Assembly: GCF_008831285.2 (NCBI RefSeq)
Contig: NC_045138.2
Span: forward strand, 40,858,001 to 40,922,000
Direction: 5' to 3'
DNA length: 64,000 bases
From: Nymphaea colorata
Taxonomy: Eukaryota
Shown: in pieces, positions 39,887-55,625 of the stretch
Numbering within the stretch: position 1 is the stretch's first letter
Layout: each line of letters opens with the position of its first letter
Notes under the pieces: generated by a model
Databases searched by the model: none
What the model was told of the DNA's origin: nothing
Seen by the model: the letters and a program-made list of their open reading frames with translations, nothing else
Translations under genes and position numbers: made by a program

Positions 39887-40238
39887 TAGGGTGGTGCACG
39901 AAATGAATCAAGCTCGAACTTGGTTTGCTTGAATATTGTTTAGCTCGAGTTCGAGTTGACGTGTACAAGGTAAGCTCGAGCTGAACTCGGTAAACGTGTC
40001 TTGGCTTGAAATAGACTCGTTGACCAACATCCCATTTGGCTTGGATCTCTTTCTCTGATTTTAAGTTTAGAAATTATGAAACAAGAGTAACCTCAATTAA
40101 ACGAGCTTACTTGAATTTAATCGAGTTGAGATCATGTAATTTTAACTTGACTAAGCTATAAGCTCGATGAGTTAAGTTCAAGTTTGACTTGTTTACAAAG
40201 GAGTCATGTTTGACCGATCAAGTTAGAGTCTCGCCCCC
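39887..40238. mobile_element. Degenerate hAT-type MITE (AGCTCG family), about 300 bp upstream of NQR
   Basis: Starts TAGGGTGGTGCACGA and carries many AGCTCGA/AACTCG motifs. Flanks TCATTAAC / GTATTAAC match at 6/8, consistent with a decayed TSD. Confidence 0.6.
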
Positions 40239-40541
40239 GTATTAACTGTATCATCCATGTCCTAAAAAAAACTTATTCAATACTGATTTTGATAACACTT
40301 CTTATAAACTTGCAGCCGAAGCAGCTGCTCGCACAGAAGAAAAAAATTAGCATGCAAACATCATAAATGAATTCATACGATGATTGGATACTACAACTGC
40401 CAACAACTTTAGGAAAGTAAAAAAAAGGCACAAGCCGCATCGATTCCCCTTTTCGGTGAACAGGTAGAAAAAGAGAGCCGCAGACGGGATGTCGGCCAAT
40501 CTACCTTTCCCGATCAGAGTGGAAGAAACGTGGGAAGAATT

Positions 40542-43461
40542 ATGGTCGTTATAAGAGCAGTAGGTGTAGGAGGAAGAGGAGCAAGAGCCGCGCTGTTATC
40601 CGCATCGTCTCCCTCGTCGCAAGTCACCAATCTCGCGCGTCGCAGGATGTCAGTTCGGGCGGAGTCGCTCTCCCCTGACCCCGAGGATAGGACCAAGCCC
40701 TTGAAGGTCGCCGCTCTCTGTGGCTCCCTCCGTCGTGCTTCTTATAACCGTGGCCTCCTCCGTTCTGGTACCAATCTCTCTCTCTCTTACGCACACACAC
40801 ACACATAATGAGCTTTGTGTGATTTTACATTGTGGAATGATGAACAGCGATCGCAATATGCAAGGAGTCGATACCCGGAATGCATATCGAGTATATAGAC
40901 ATCGAGCCCCTTCCTTTCTTGAATACAGATTTGGAAGTGGACAAGAAGTTCCCACCTGTGGTGGAGAGCTTCAGGAAGAAGATCCAGGAGGCCGACAGCG
41001 TTCTTTTTGCTTCCCCTGAATACAATTACTCTGTTACTGGTATGTTGGACTCTGGGTTTCAGTTGGGAGGTCTCCATTTTTATGATTTTTGGCAACAATG
41101 ATTGTTTTTAACGACGAATGTTACTCTCTCTGATGTGGGTATCTGTTGGTTGCCTCCAAAGTTTGATCAGATGGTTTATGTTTATGTTATTCTAAAGTTC
41201 GTCAGCAGTTTTGTGGTCAGAGTTTTATCAGATCTTCTAAAACTTAACTTGATAACTTAATTGCCAGGCTGTCGGGCTTGATGTTTATCTCAATTTCGCA
41301 ATTGCCATCTTTGATCTGTTTGACAAGTTTCCTAAAAATTTTGGTGAATGTGTACTCTCCAGCATATGTAGTTGAAGTTTGATGACGTGCATAGATATGA
41401 TAATTAAGTCTAAAATCATTATGTTAATGTAGTATGATGATCTGTTGCAATACTTGGCTACATGTTTCCCCACTTCCCAATCTAGAAACAACTTCACAGT
41501 GTAAATAAAACATTGTCCTTGTATCTTTTGGGCTTTGTGTTGTCAAGGACTAACATGAATTTTTCAGCATATGTACCTAAGCAACTGTTCTCATCCTCAG
41601 TTGATGACCTGTATTTTACTTTTATCGATCAAAGCGTCATTTAGGAGCGACAAAAAAAAATGCTAGAGAAGCAGTGGCTGAATCGCGGCCTGGCATCATA
41701 GCTCCTGATCCTGTTGAAAAAGCTGCCAGTAAATGACTATATGCAGCTCTGAAAAAGGTAGCTCATCCAAAATGGAATTGAACGACGGTCTGATAATTTC
41801 AACACAGAGGCCATCCGTCGTGCCCTCACACTGTCCATTTAGAACCCCTGTAGATGACAAATTGGTTAGTATGATACTTTGATTCTTCTAGGGCTTTTGT
41901 TGTTGTGGGGGGTTGTTGTTTGAGTGGTGGGGGGGTTTGGTGTTTCTACTGTTACAAACTTTCTCAGAATGGGCGTAAAGCATTACTTCATTTTCTATAG
42001 TGAAATGTACCGGAGAGTTTTGTAATTTAGGCTGCTCAAAAGGCAAATGGCATGAAAAGCTTCATCTTGCTCCATGTGAAAGTTTCGTTCGTTAGTCATA
42101 TTTCAGAGTTCTAAAATCATGTATTACTGTTCTCCATTTGCACAGTATGCAAGTTCTCTTGTAGGTGATGGTTTCGCATCAATTATCCTTGGTGTCTAAT
42201 CGTGGCCTTTGTTGTCAATGTAGCTGCCACTAGTTTTCCGCATAGATAATACAAAAGGTGGAATTTAGTTTCACTGTCCAGTCTCACACTTGGATAAGGT
42301 TCCTTATACCCATTAACATAAAACAGTTTACCTTGGAAACTATATCTAGAGAAGAGCATTCCAGATGATTTTGATTCAGAGAAGGCACAAGGTTGGACAT
42401 AAGGGGTTCTTCACTGCCCATTATTTTGTTTCTATTTTGTACCTGTCCCTCGATAAAAGGCTGGCTCTATACACCGGCATCTCTTATTTGGAGAAACAAT
42501 GGCGATTATAGGTGGAACAACTAACACTGTAATGTCTCACGGTGTTACCATGCCCTATACAGGGTTAATTTCAACTGTACAATCAAATAATTCAGGGATA
42601 AAATGAAAGAGGTAATGTTTGTGAGAATGCTTTTACTGTTCATATGTGTCTGAGGCCATTCTTTTGCTGGTATCAACATAGTATTTCCTTGAGATTTCCT
42701 ATATGCATGACTCTGTAGGCCATTTGATTTTTTTATATGCACTGAACTGCTTTGCTCATGTTTAAAAAAATTCAATCATCGGTCTAACATGTAGATGACC
42801 CAATATTTGGAGACATAGATTTGCAGGAAGGAAGGGATGGTTGGGTCAGGTTTGTGCCTAGTGGAAGTTTGAGCCTCAAAACTTGTGAATTCAATTCTGA
42901 GCTTCTGGCATTTTATGTCAATATGATGATCTTCAAGATGCTTGGTTGTTAGAATAGGTGGCCATCATTATTGCGGTTGATGTTACTTGCTACTACCTCA
43001 AAACTTTCTTTGCCTTTATTTCCCTAGCATGATATTCTTAGCAGTTTTGCCTATTGGATTTGCATAAAAATTGAGCTCGTCCTCTTTTGAAATTGCCTCA
43101 GAACAGAAACAGAACGTCCGATTAATGGTTTTTTCTTCTTTGCTCTCATTTCTTCCCGTTAGCTCCACTGAAGAACGCCATCGACTGGGCATCCAGATCC
43201 CCCAACGTGTGGGCAGATAAGCCTGCTGCAATCGTAAGTGCAGGGGGAAGCCTTGGTGGTGCACGATCACAGTACCACCTTCGACAAATTGGAGTTTTCC
43301 TTGATCTTCATTTCATCAACAAGCCTGAGCTTTATATTAGAGCATTTGAGCCACCCAGGAAGTTCGATGATGATGGTAACTTAATTGATGAGGGGGAGCG
43401 GGAAAAGTTGAAGAAAGTTCTCTTGTCATTACAGGCATTTTCTTTGAGGCTTAAAGCCTAG
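40542..43461 (+). CDS. NQR: NAD(P)H:quinone oxidoreductase / NADPH-dependent FMN reductase, 3 exons, 238 aa from ATG 40542 or 203 aa from ATG 40647
   Basis: Exons 40542-40767, 40848-41039 and 43163-43461 are GT-AG. Flavodoxin-like motifs: VAALCGSLRRASYN, ADSVLFASPEYNYSV, PLKNAIDWASR and GGARSQYHLRQIGVFLDLHFINKPE. Confidence 0.93.
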
Positions 43462-43754
43462 ACACGTTCACCCTCAGTTTGGTTTATCCTCTATTATCCT
43501 CTAGTGTCTTATGAAATAAGCTGGCCGCGAACAGGAAATTTGTGGGGAGCTGGTTAGACATGGATTCACTCTTCGAACGTTTGGTTGCTGTTGTATTTTT
43601 TATAACGTCAGATGTTCAACTCAACTTTTCTGCTTCATTAATGATCGTGAACATGAGAATCCGGAGCCTGTCTATACTGATGTCTCACTATTCATGTTAT
43701 TCCAATATTTTCGCATCATGCATCCCCAGCTTTCCCATGATATCAACTCATCCG

Positions 43755-43863
43755 TAGGACTGCGCATGACCTGAGCTTGATCTGATCTACAGCTTCTCAA
43801 ACTCCGCTTAAGTTTTGCAGCTTGAGCTCGGATGGATCAAGCGGAACATTATATATATATATA

Positions 43864-43894
<31 letters not shown>

Positions 43895-44079
43895 ATGTAT
43901 AATGAGCCTATGGAGCTTAAACAAGTTCGTATGAAGCAATTTGAGCTCAGCTGTTTTAGAACTCGACCTTAAAATATTAGCTCAAACTCCACTAACTTAC
44001 CATACAAGTTGTTTTCCGGCTGTTCTAAAATGGGTTTGATCCTGATCAAGTTGGAGTTACTTGATCATTGCCCACCCGA
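43755..44079. mobile_element. Degenerate AGCTC-family hAT-type MITE containing a compound (TA)(TG)(TATG) microsatellite at 43850-43901
   Basis: Starts TAGGACTG and carries GAGCTT/GAGCTC/AACTC motifs like 37390-37702. The microsatellite was read directly. No TSD. Confidence 0.5.
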
Positions 44080-45089
44080 GTCGCCAAGGATTGACCAAGT
44101 TTTACCTTGAAAGAAGCAGACTCGTTAAGCAGTCTATTTTGGTGGTTCTTCATCATAGGAAAAAGGAAGTTGATTATGAACTTGAGGACATGGCCCTGCA
44201 TACTGATCTTCCTTTTAAATCGTGAAAACTTATTGTAACAAAGTGTGCCTAACTTTGTGCTTCTTGATGTGCTTTTCAAAAGAAGTGTCCATTCTAGGAT
44301 GTGTTTAATATTAACCACTAGCCATATAGTGATCCTTTGGGATGGCGTTGTTTCTATAACTCATTAGTTTTATAATTGCAGAATTTGTTTAAAATTGATT
44401 AAGGTGAACGGCATGGCATGGTTTTACTCCTCAATAAATTTTATGTGAAAAAATATTTTTTGAGCTAGTAGTAGGATCATTTTTATCAACATTTGAAGAA
44501 TTCTAACTTGAAAATTGAAATATTGCCTCTTTTAACTTTCGAGTCAGATTTTGCTTTTTTCCCTCCTCCAAATGGTCTATATGTTCTTTTTATTTGTTTC
44601 CTTTTCTTTTTTTATCCCCTTGTGTAGAGCTGCATTCTAAATGAAACTCGCCTCGATGGTTAGCTCGGTATCTAACGTTTTTCCATAAACATAACAAATG
44701 TTATGACTTGCTGTTCATGTAGTCATTTAGGGCACCCTTAAGAAATTATATACATGTTACATACTATATGTGGCAATAAATATTTTACAAGACTACTTTC
44801 TTCTCATGACAGCATTTGGCACATTACATTTTCTTATATTATAGAAGATTGCTGGAGGTAGAATTCCTATAAATTCCATAATGTGCCAAAATGCCTATAA
44901 GATGCTAATTTGTCCTTAATTAAAAAGATATTTATTTTTTTTTCCAAAAAAGAAAGTTTCACAAACTAGATTTTTAAGTAATTTAGAAGTAATTTCATAT
45001 CTCCTTTATCCATCGTTTGTTTCTACAGTCACACCTAGAAAAAAGGAAATAGTGTACAGATCCAAATGTAAACTTTTTTTTTTCCTTTA

Positions 45090-45330
45090 GACCTCGTTTG
45101 ATACACATAAAGTTTTTTGCATGATAAAATTATCAATGTACGGAAGAGAGATTTTTTTATGAAAAAAAGTTGGACCTAAAGAGGTCCGACCTTTTTGGGT
45201 GGGAATTTTTTCTGATTTCAATGAAAAATGCATGGTAAAATTTCTTGTGTTTGATGCTGCATGAAAAACCATACAAACTTGAAAAAAAGTCAACCATACA
45301 CAGTATTTTTCTTTTACATCAAACAGAGCC
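45090..45330. mobile_element. Tourist-like (PIF/Harbinger) MITE
   Basis: Imperfect TIRs GACCTCGTTTGAT / ATCAAACAGAGCC are flanked by TTA and TAA. The interior is AT-rich. Confidence 0.6.
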
Positions 45331-46284
45331 TAAAGGTATTTTCTTTTTTATAAAGGTAATTTATAAAGGTAAAGTTGTCTGTTAAGTATATTATACTATT
45401 TTCCATTCATAAACCATGTGCTTGTTAATTATTTTATAAATTTAGTTGATCATTTATACTTTTCCAATGTCCGCTGTTCTTTATAAATATAAAAAACCTT
45501 TAACAATGTTCAAGCAAAATAAACATTGTTTTTGGTGGTTGTCATGACCGGACATTTTTGGCAAATAGAAAGGTAGGTCAAATTCATTTGTGTAATGACC
45601 ACACCGGTGAGTTTTGAAGCCACATTTTTTTTTTCTTGTGAATTGTGATCATTGGAAAAAGCAGATTCCTTCTTCGATTAGTTTAAAAGCTCATCGGCCA
45701 TTGAAATCTTAACCTGGTTCATGGCAGAGATAAGGTCTTTCATAGAGATTAGGATATATCATTTGTCATATCCTATTTATTGAATATCAAAACATTTGAG
45801 GCTCAAATACGGATGAAAAAAAAAACTCTTATACTATACATCCGAATTCATTACCTAAATTTAGAATCCAAATTCGATCTGAATCTGACTTTTATTTTCA
45901 CATTTGAATCCAACTTACATAATTTAAACCACATTATGAAATACAAATGTATGAATACTGGATATATGATATTTATTTTAAATTGAAACTTAACTTAAAT
46001 CCAAATCCAATTAAATATTTACTGAAAAACTGGCAACTGGAGTTCAATACATCCATCATTAGCAATACATGAGGCTATAACCTCAATGATGAGGTTTGAA
46101 CGAGAAAAGGCTTATAGTGGATAATCAAAATCAGCTTCTTAGTTCTCAAAGTCCACTATCTATTTTAACGTGGAGTCCCGCGGCTAGTTATTATCAGATC
46201 TGTCTTTAAAGCTCGGTTCTCCAGAAGGATTGGAAGTCATGCCACCTTTATATAAGCAATGGTACACGAATTCTTTCAGTTCAA

Positions 46285-46750
46285 AGCATCTGCCACCTTG
46301 TTAATCTTACCAAAGTAGTAACCAATAGTACAATCTTAATCCTCAATCAATTCTAACCTTCTCTATCTCATGTTCAGTTCTTTCTAGTTAAGTAAATACT
46401 TTAAACTTTTAAGATCAGTGTATATCCAACACTTTTCGCCATACAGGTAATGCCTCTAAATCTATAAAGCAAAGGCTACAGCTGCCAAAAATCATGTATA
46501 GGATAATTTTACTGATGTTTTTTCAGTTGTCGAGATGCATAGGCAATCACCTTGTCATTCTGCATTAAAGCACAACTTAACTTCCTATGAGAAACATCAC
46601 TGTGTATGACTAACCCAACTTCTTCTTCGGCCAAATCAAGTACTGGAGCAATGTAAGTTTTTGTTTCATAAAACTTTTCTCACAAGCCGAATTTCACTCG
46701 AACTTAACATTCTTTGTGGTCAACCGAGTTAAAGGAGAGGAAATACCATG
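46285..46750 (-). mobile_element. Ty3/gypsy RT-connection/RNase H fragment, degenerate
   Basis: The minus strand translates ISSPLTRLTTKNVKFE*NSACEKSF, LMQNDKVIAYASRQLKKH, RHYLYGEKCWIYTDLKSLKY and DCTIGYYFGKINKVADA, with stops and frameshifts. Confidence 0.9.
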
Positions 46751-46794
46751 AATCGAGATCTTCACTCCACTTCTGAATTCTGGCCTAGCTTGCA

Positions 46795-47001
46795 TTGCAT
46801 TCAACCATGAGAACTAGATTGAGGTTTAGTACCGCCTTTAATCTACAAACAGATGGGCAAACAAAAAGAAATATTCAAAGACTAGAGAATATGTTACCTG
46901 CATGTGTGTTAGAGTTTCAACGCTCATGGGATGTACACATACCTTTGATAGAATTTATATATAACAATAGTTTCCAGTTTAATATTGGGATGACACCTTA
47001 A
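46795..47001 (+). mobile_element. Ty3/gypsy integrase core fragment
   Basis: TRLRFSTAFNLQTDGQTKRNIQRLENML...WDVHIPLIEFIYNNSFQFNIGMTP resembles the gypsy integrase STAFHPQTDGQ(S/T)ER...EFAYNNS...IGM(A/T)P segment. Confidence 0.9.
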
Positions 47002-48228
47002 AGACATTGAAAAATTGAATTTGCATATGAACCTGATGAGGATGTCATTTTTAAAATCCGAACGATCCGATTTCCTAATCAGGCGTTAAACCTTTTTTTC
47101 CCACATATCCGACTTTTTAAACATTACGAACATAGATATTCAATCCATGAACATCCTTACGTCTCGGTTGTTCATTCTTTTGTATTTTGAATTCTTCGTA
47201 CCGGAGCAACACCACGTTTTAAGGATCTCTGTCCATTATGATGACAAGCGCTTTTCGTAGTTGGTGATTTATTGATTGTAGTGTACAGCAAAACCTGAGT
47301 TGGGACTCTTCACTTTCATTTTATTGTCTATTTGGATTTTTTTATCAATTCTTTAAGAAAAGATGTAGAGAAGTCATGATCTCCTAATTTTTTCTATTAC
47401 TTGTCAATGTTTTTTGGAAGTCGACCTTATTGCTGACAAAGGATCAAACCCACCAGCGGCAAGAAATTCGGGGCCAGAGTTCTCGTATCAAGACGCTGCT
47501 TGCGTAGTACAGCAGCTACCATGGAGGCAACTTCTGCAGTTGGGATGGCTGTGACTCGTCCATCTTCAACATTATTTGGTAAAAATGGTGGGACGTCGCA
47601 TTCTCGTGGAGTATATGTGGTGCGTAAGTTGGCAGATTCATCAATATTATAAAGTCGGCCGTTCTGGGCTTTATGCTTTAGGTGCCGGGCATGATTAAAA
47701 TTCTATAGCAAGTAGTGGACTGTCGGCTGAGGCGGCTTTTCCATTGTCGAGCACCAGAAAGAAAACAGGGAAGTTTATCTAATTCTACATCTAATGACTC
47801 ATATTCTTCGTCCCCATCTTACCGTATCTAGAACAGCTTATAAATATTTGAGATGTTGATATGTTCCTTTTCAATTTATGGTACGTTTGATGTTACATAA
47901 AGTAACAGGGTTATGGTGGCCTGATGGAAGAGATTTACGACCTTCCAACGAAGTAAAGCAGATCTCTCTGCTTCAGACCTTTAAGAAGATGCTGCAACTT
48001 CAAGCAAAAGGAGACCCATGCTGCAAATTCTAAGGTAAACTTGGACATTCAACATCATAGTGGTCATCAATCGCCTCATCTACCAATCCTTTTTCACCAA
48101 ATCCATCGTACATCTCAACTACCTAAAATTGCATAGCTTCCAAGCAAATCTTCAATTATCTCATGCGACACATTGCATTTTCTTATATCATCTCACTGTT
48201 CTGTAGCAGCGCCAATTGAGGAGTCGCC

Positions 48229-49419
48229 ATGGTGGATGCAGATGAGGTTGAGCTCAGCGGCGTGCTTCATATCTATGTCCATCTTGCCAGGAACATTCAT
48301 AACATCTGTATCTACGACGACCAAGATGTTTATGCGAAGTTCTCATTGACGTGTGATCCTGATGAGGTTCTTTCCACAAGAACTGTGCATGGTGGTGGCA
48401 GAAATCCAGATTTCAACGAGGGTTTGCAGATAAAGATCGTTCAATTGGATGCTGTGCTCAAATGCGAGATTTGGATGCATAGCAGGAATGCGAACTATCT
48501 GGAAGACCAATTACTAGGCTTTGTCTTGGTACCCTTGTCCTCGGTTATAGGAAAAGGCAAGCTCACCCGAGATTTCACACTGTCGTCCACGGACCTCTTC
48601 CATTCCCCTGCAGGATTTGTTCAGCTAACCCTGTTCTTTGAAAATAGTGCACATCCATTTCCGCAACTGAACAGCCCTGCAGACTCAACAGAAGTGGTAC
48701 TTCATGACCCAAAGGACCAAAACCTAGACCACTGTGAGTATGAGAAGTTTGAATTTCCTGATGTCAAGATCACAACAGAGAATCAGAGGATGGTCTTTGA
48801 GTATTTTGACATGGCTAAGAAGAATCACGCTTCTGTATTGAATTTCAACGCTAATGGTTTGGTAACTATGCCATTTCTGCAAATTGGTGCTTCACCTCAG
48901 ACTGTTGATGAGTATGACATGGCTGCAGATTCTACTGGAAAGATTTGTGAATCTTCTCCTGAGCCTCCCCAAGTTGGTGCTGTGGAGACGGGGAACCATG
49001 TCCCTGATGCAGGACTCCTTGGTTGTATCACCACTAGCCTTAGCCTCGATGGCTCTATGGAGAAGAGGAATGATTCTGGGGCTTCAACAGATGTCGTCGA
49101 CTCAAAGAATGAGGATAGCAAAATAGATGATCCTGTTGCTAAAGTTGGTGCAATCAAATTAGGATCAATATTCACAAATCCATTGGAAGAGATAAATCTG
49201 GGGCCTCATCAAATGGTGGTTCAACAACAAATTGTGGATATGTACATGAAGAGTATGCAACAGTTCACGGAATCTTTGGCAAAAATGGAGCTCCCTACGG
49301 ATTTCAACAGACTAGGACCTGAAGGTGGTGGAGAAATCATCCAGAGACAGAGCAACTTGGACAAGGAAAACAAGGGGAGCTCCACAAGGGTGTTCTACGG
49401 TAGCCGGGCCTTTTTCTAA
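48229..49419 (+). CDS. C2 (calcium-dependent lipid-binding) domain protein, intronless CDS, 396 aa
   Basis: The N-terminal C2 domain reads GVLHIYVHLARNIHNICIYDDQDVYAKFSL...GGGRNPDFNE...LEDQLLGFVLVPLS. The C-terminal QQQIVDMYMKSMQQFTESLAKM and RVFYGSRAFF are typical of a plant C2 subfamily. Confidence 0.92.
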   Translation: MVDADEVELSGVLHIYVHLARNIHNICIYDDQDVYAKFSLTCDPDEVLSTRTVHGGGRNPDFNEGLQIKIVQLDAVLKCEIWMHSRNANYLEDQLLGFVLVPLSSVIGKGKLTRDFTLSSTDLFHSPAGFVQLTLFFENSAHPFPQLNSPADSTEVVLHDPKDQNLDHCEYEKFEFPDVKITTENQRMVFEYFDMAKKNHASVLNFNANGLVTMPFLQIGASPQTVDEYDMAADSTGKICESSPEPPQVGAVETGNHVPDAGLLGCITTSLSLDGSMEKRNDSGASTDVVDSKNEDSKIDDPVAKVGAIKLGSIFTNPLEEINLGPHQMVVQQQIVDMYMKSMQQFTESLAKMELPTDFNRLGPEGGGEIIQRQSNLDKENKGSSTRVFYGSRAFF

Positions 49420-51101
49420 TTGACCTTTTTCTTGGTTATGCTTCGAAAAATTTTCATATTCCTCTGATTTATCCTCTGCGGAGAAAATTTAAAAGAACCT
49501 GAAAAGATGTTACCTTAACAAACTTGTAATCCTTCGAGGTGTGCTGCAAGGATTCCTCATTTTAGTCTAAAGCAATCAATTCGGCGTCCCAAGGCTGGCG
49601 AGATGAGTAATGTTTGTAATATACAAAGTATATCTATCTATTTCTGTTGGTCAAGCTGGTTGAGAAGTTTGTTGCAGAAAAAGCTATTGATTTATTTACT
49701 TGTTCAGTGAGAGAGAGAGAGATCCATGATGTCCTCGGGTGGCTGGTCGGAACCATTCACAGTCAGTCTGAGCTCAGATCCATGAAATATTGACTTGCTA
49801 TGAGATGCAAAGCTAAGTTTAAACTGCGGACTGAGTTGCCATACGTCAAGGCTCCAATTTGGACCTCTTGGGGAGCACTAATACTGATAGCAGTGCTTCT
49901 ACTTAAGTCAGAGATGGCAGCCGAATATTACAATCAACTTGCAAAGCAGAATACTTGAAAAGTTTCCTGGTTGTCAAGATAACGAATGCAAGATCAGGGA
50001 AATGATGACAGACCAATGTAGCAGCTATTTTTGAAAAACTGCCCACTTATCACAACGATCACCTTGATTCTGAGAAAAGCAATTGAAACATTTCCGTCTT
50101 AAATTTACAGCAACCATGTCCTGCAATGAAGGACCAAGAAGATATGATTTCTGCAGTATGGAGCAAATGCTAGAAGAAAAGAGAAATTTTGGGGAGAAAG
50201 TTTCACAAGACATGCTTTTCTAGACACATTTAGAACATCTCCATCTTTTGAGATTGCATTTATAACAGCAACAAGTTCAGGGTAATTATTGTGCACCTCG
50301 AGAGCAGGCTAAGTGCTGATTAACACCGACAACTTAAGGATCGCTAGATGATAAAGCAGACCCATTTGTGTGTTAACGCTCTTCACTGCAAAGGCATGTA
50401 ATAAAGTGATCATCATCTATCTTTTGGTGGTGAGGAAGGGCCATTGGTTGGACAGTCACATATAGCAACGGCAGAAATCATTTGCTTACAATTGCTTTGG
50501 CAAGATTATCATGATAAACTTTATCATTTGGCAATCTGTGCTCTGGAGATTTCTTTCTTTTCTAAAGAGATCAATCGTTGCCTTTTATTTATTTGGATTG
50601 CTGAAACACTTCGAGCTATTCTTTCTCGCTATAACGTCACTTGGTTGATCTCGATCTCCATGAACGCCCTTAACACCAGCGGATATAATCGCAGCAGCAT
50701 CAACATCGTCTTTATTATCATCACATTTGTTAGATGTCAAAGACCTGCTAATGCTATGTTTATCACATGGGGCCACGGCCTTAAATCAGTGGTCATCGTA
50801 AGAAGCATCGGATTTGAGGTTTTGCCGACAAGGTTGGATCATTCCAGAAATAGACTTTCAAGCTCACGCCCAAACTAGAATCACGTAATCTAGACTCGGA
50901 CTCGGAACAAGAATGATCTGGATCGTATCCGACCCGTTTTCAGCAGTCCGGCAATAGGCAGACTTCTTTCTGACGGTTCCAATATCCGAAGTCCCAGACC
51001 CAGACGGGCACATAGTCTGGTCTACGCGCGTCGGCAGCGTTTCTCCGTTCTCCGTTCTTGTTGCCCTCCTTCGCGCTCTTGTTTGGGTAGTTTTTGCCGC
51101 C

Positions 51102-54552
<3,451 letters not shown>

Positions 54553-55577
54553 AACTTGGTTGTGGATTATCGAAGAAGGGGATTCAGAAGAAAAGCTTAT
54601 AGAAAATGCTTCAATATGACGTGGCTATAAAGTGTGGAAGTTTGGATTGTTAGACAAGAATTTGGGCAATGGATTCTGCATTTGTTTATTAAGACCATCT
54701 TTGGTTTGACAGGTTGCTCAAATTAAATGATGAAGAATTGTGCTGGATTTGCCATCTTGAGAATCGAGACTGCTTTGCATTTCTCGGTGCTAAGAGAAAA
54801 TTGGTTGCCTGAGTCTTATCTGTCGTTTTCTGCAAGCAAGATTTTCTGTGCCTTATGAAGTTGATTAAAGTCAGACAAGATGCGGAGATCTTCAGGTTGC
54901 TAATGGTCTGTCAAGTATGAGTGCATTGTGTGGATGTACGTGTACTTCTCTATAGGCTTTGGTTATTCATATGGATGCTGATTGGATTTGGAGCTTGATG
55001 CAAGTTTATCAAGTGGGCCTTTAGCTTATTCTGAGCCAAGGCCGTTTCTTGGGCAATGCAAGTGGATCATCACGTGTTTGGGAGCCTACTGATGAAGGAG
55101 TAGGCGAGGATGAGCAAGAACTTTTCAAGGTCGTGGTGTCCTTCCTTTTCTTTTTGAACAGCATAATTTAATGTTATGTTCTTTAGGTTCTGGTGTTTAT
55201 GCGCCATGCCTGTGGCGAAGACTGTGATTCATGAGCTATTTTACTGGGAATGAGTATTTTGTTTGTTGCTTTCTCAGTGCTTCAATGAGGTTCTTGCCTT
55301 TTGGTCCAATGGTAATTTTTGGCTTATTAGATGATGTAGGAATTACGTGATGAAGTTCCTAACCTTCATGGCCCCATAAACCTTTGAAAGAGCAGATCTG
55401 TTGTAGATGTGCTTCATTTTTAGGGTGAAAAAAAATTGAGTGTTATTAAAAGTGTGAAAACCAAGTCCTGTGACTTATTAACGGTTTCCCGTCATTGAGG
55501 CGTGAGGTCTTTCTGTCTTTTCATTTTTCTTTTTAATTTGACAACACTGCTTCAGCTCGAGGCCCTTTGTTTCTCTG

Positions 55578-55625
55578 GAAGCAGTACTGTATGGAAATGG
55601 GTTGAAGCAGTACTGTGTGGAAATG
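55578..55625. repeat. Short direct duplication (period 26)
   Basis: GAAGCAGTACTGT(A/G)TGGAAATG occurs twice. Confidence 0.8.

Noticed and set aside
41905..41940. G-rich tract in NQR intron 2 as a G-quadruplex
   Set aside because: It has only two long G runs plus GG pairs, so it is low-complexity sequence with no functional evidence.
1144..43461. Apparent organelle/redox gene cluster (AGT1, GLDH, annexin, FIS1, NQR)
   Set aside because: The genes belong to different pathways and share no visible regulatory motif. Such neighbourhoods are expected by chance in gene-rich plant DNA.
50000..50900. Coding-looking sequence upstream of eIF4A-III (144-aa + ORF and short - ORFs)
   Set aside because: No recognisable domain, a non-ATG start for the longest ORF, stops in the other frames and no consistent exon structure.
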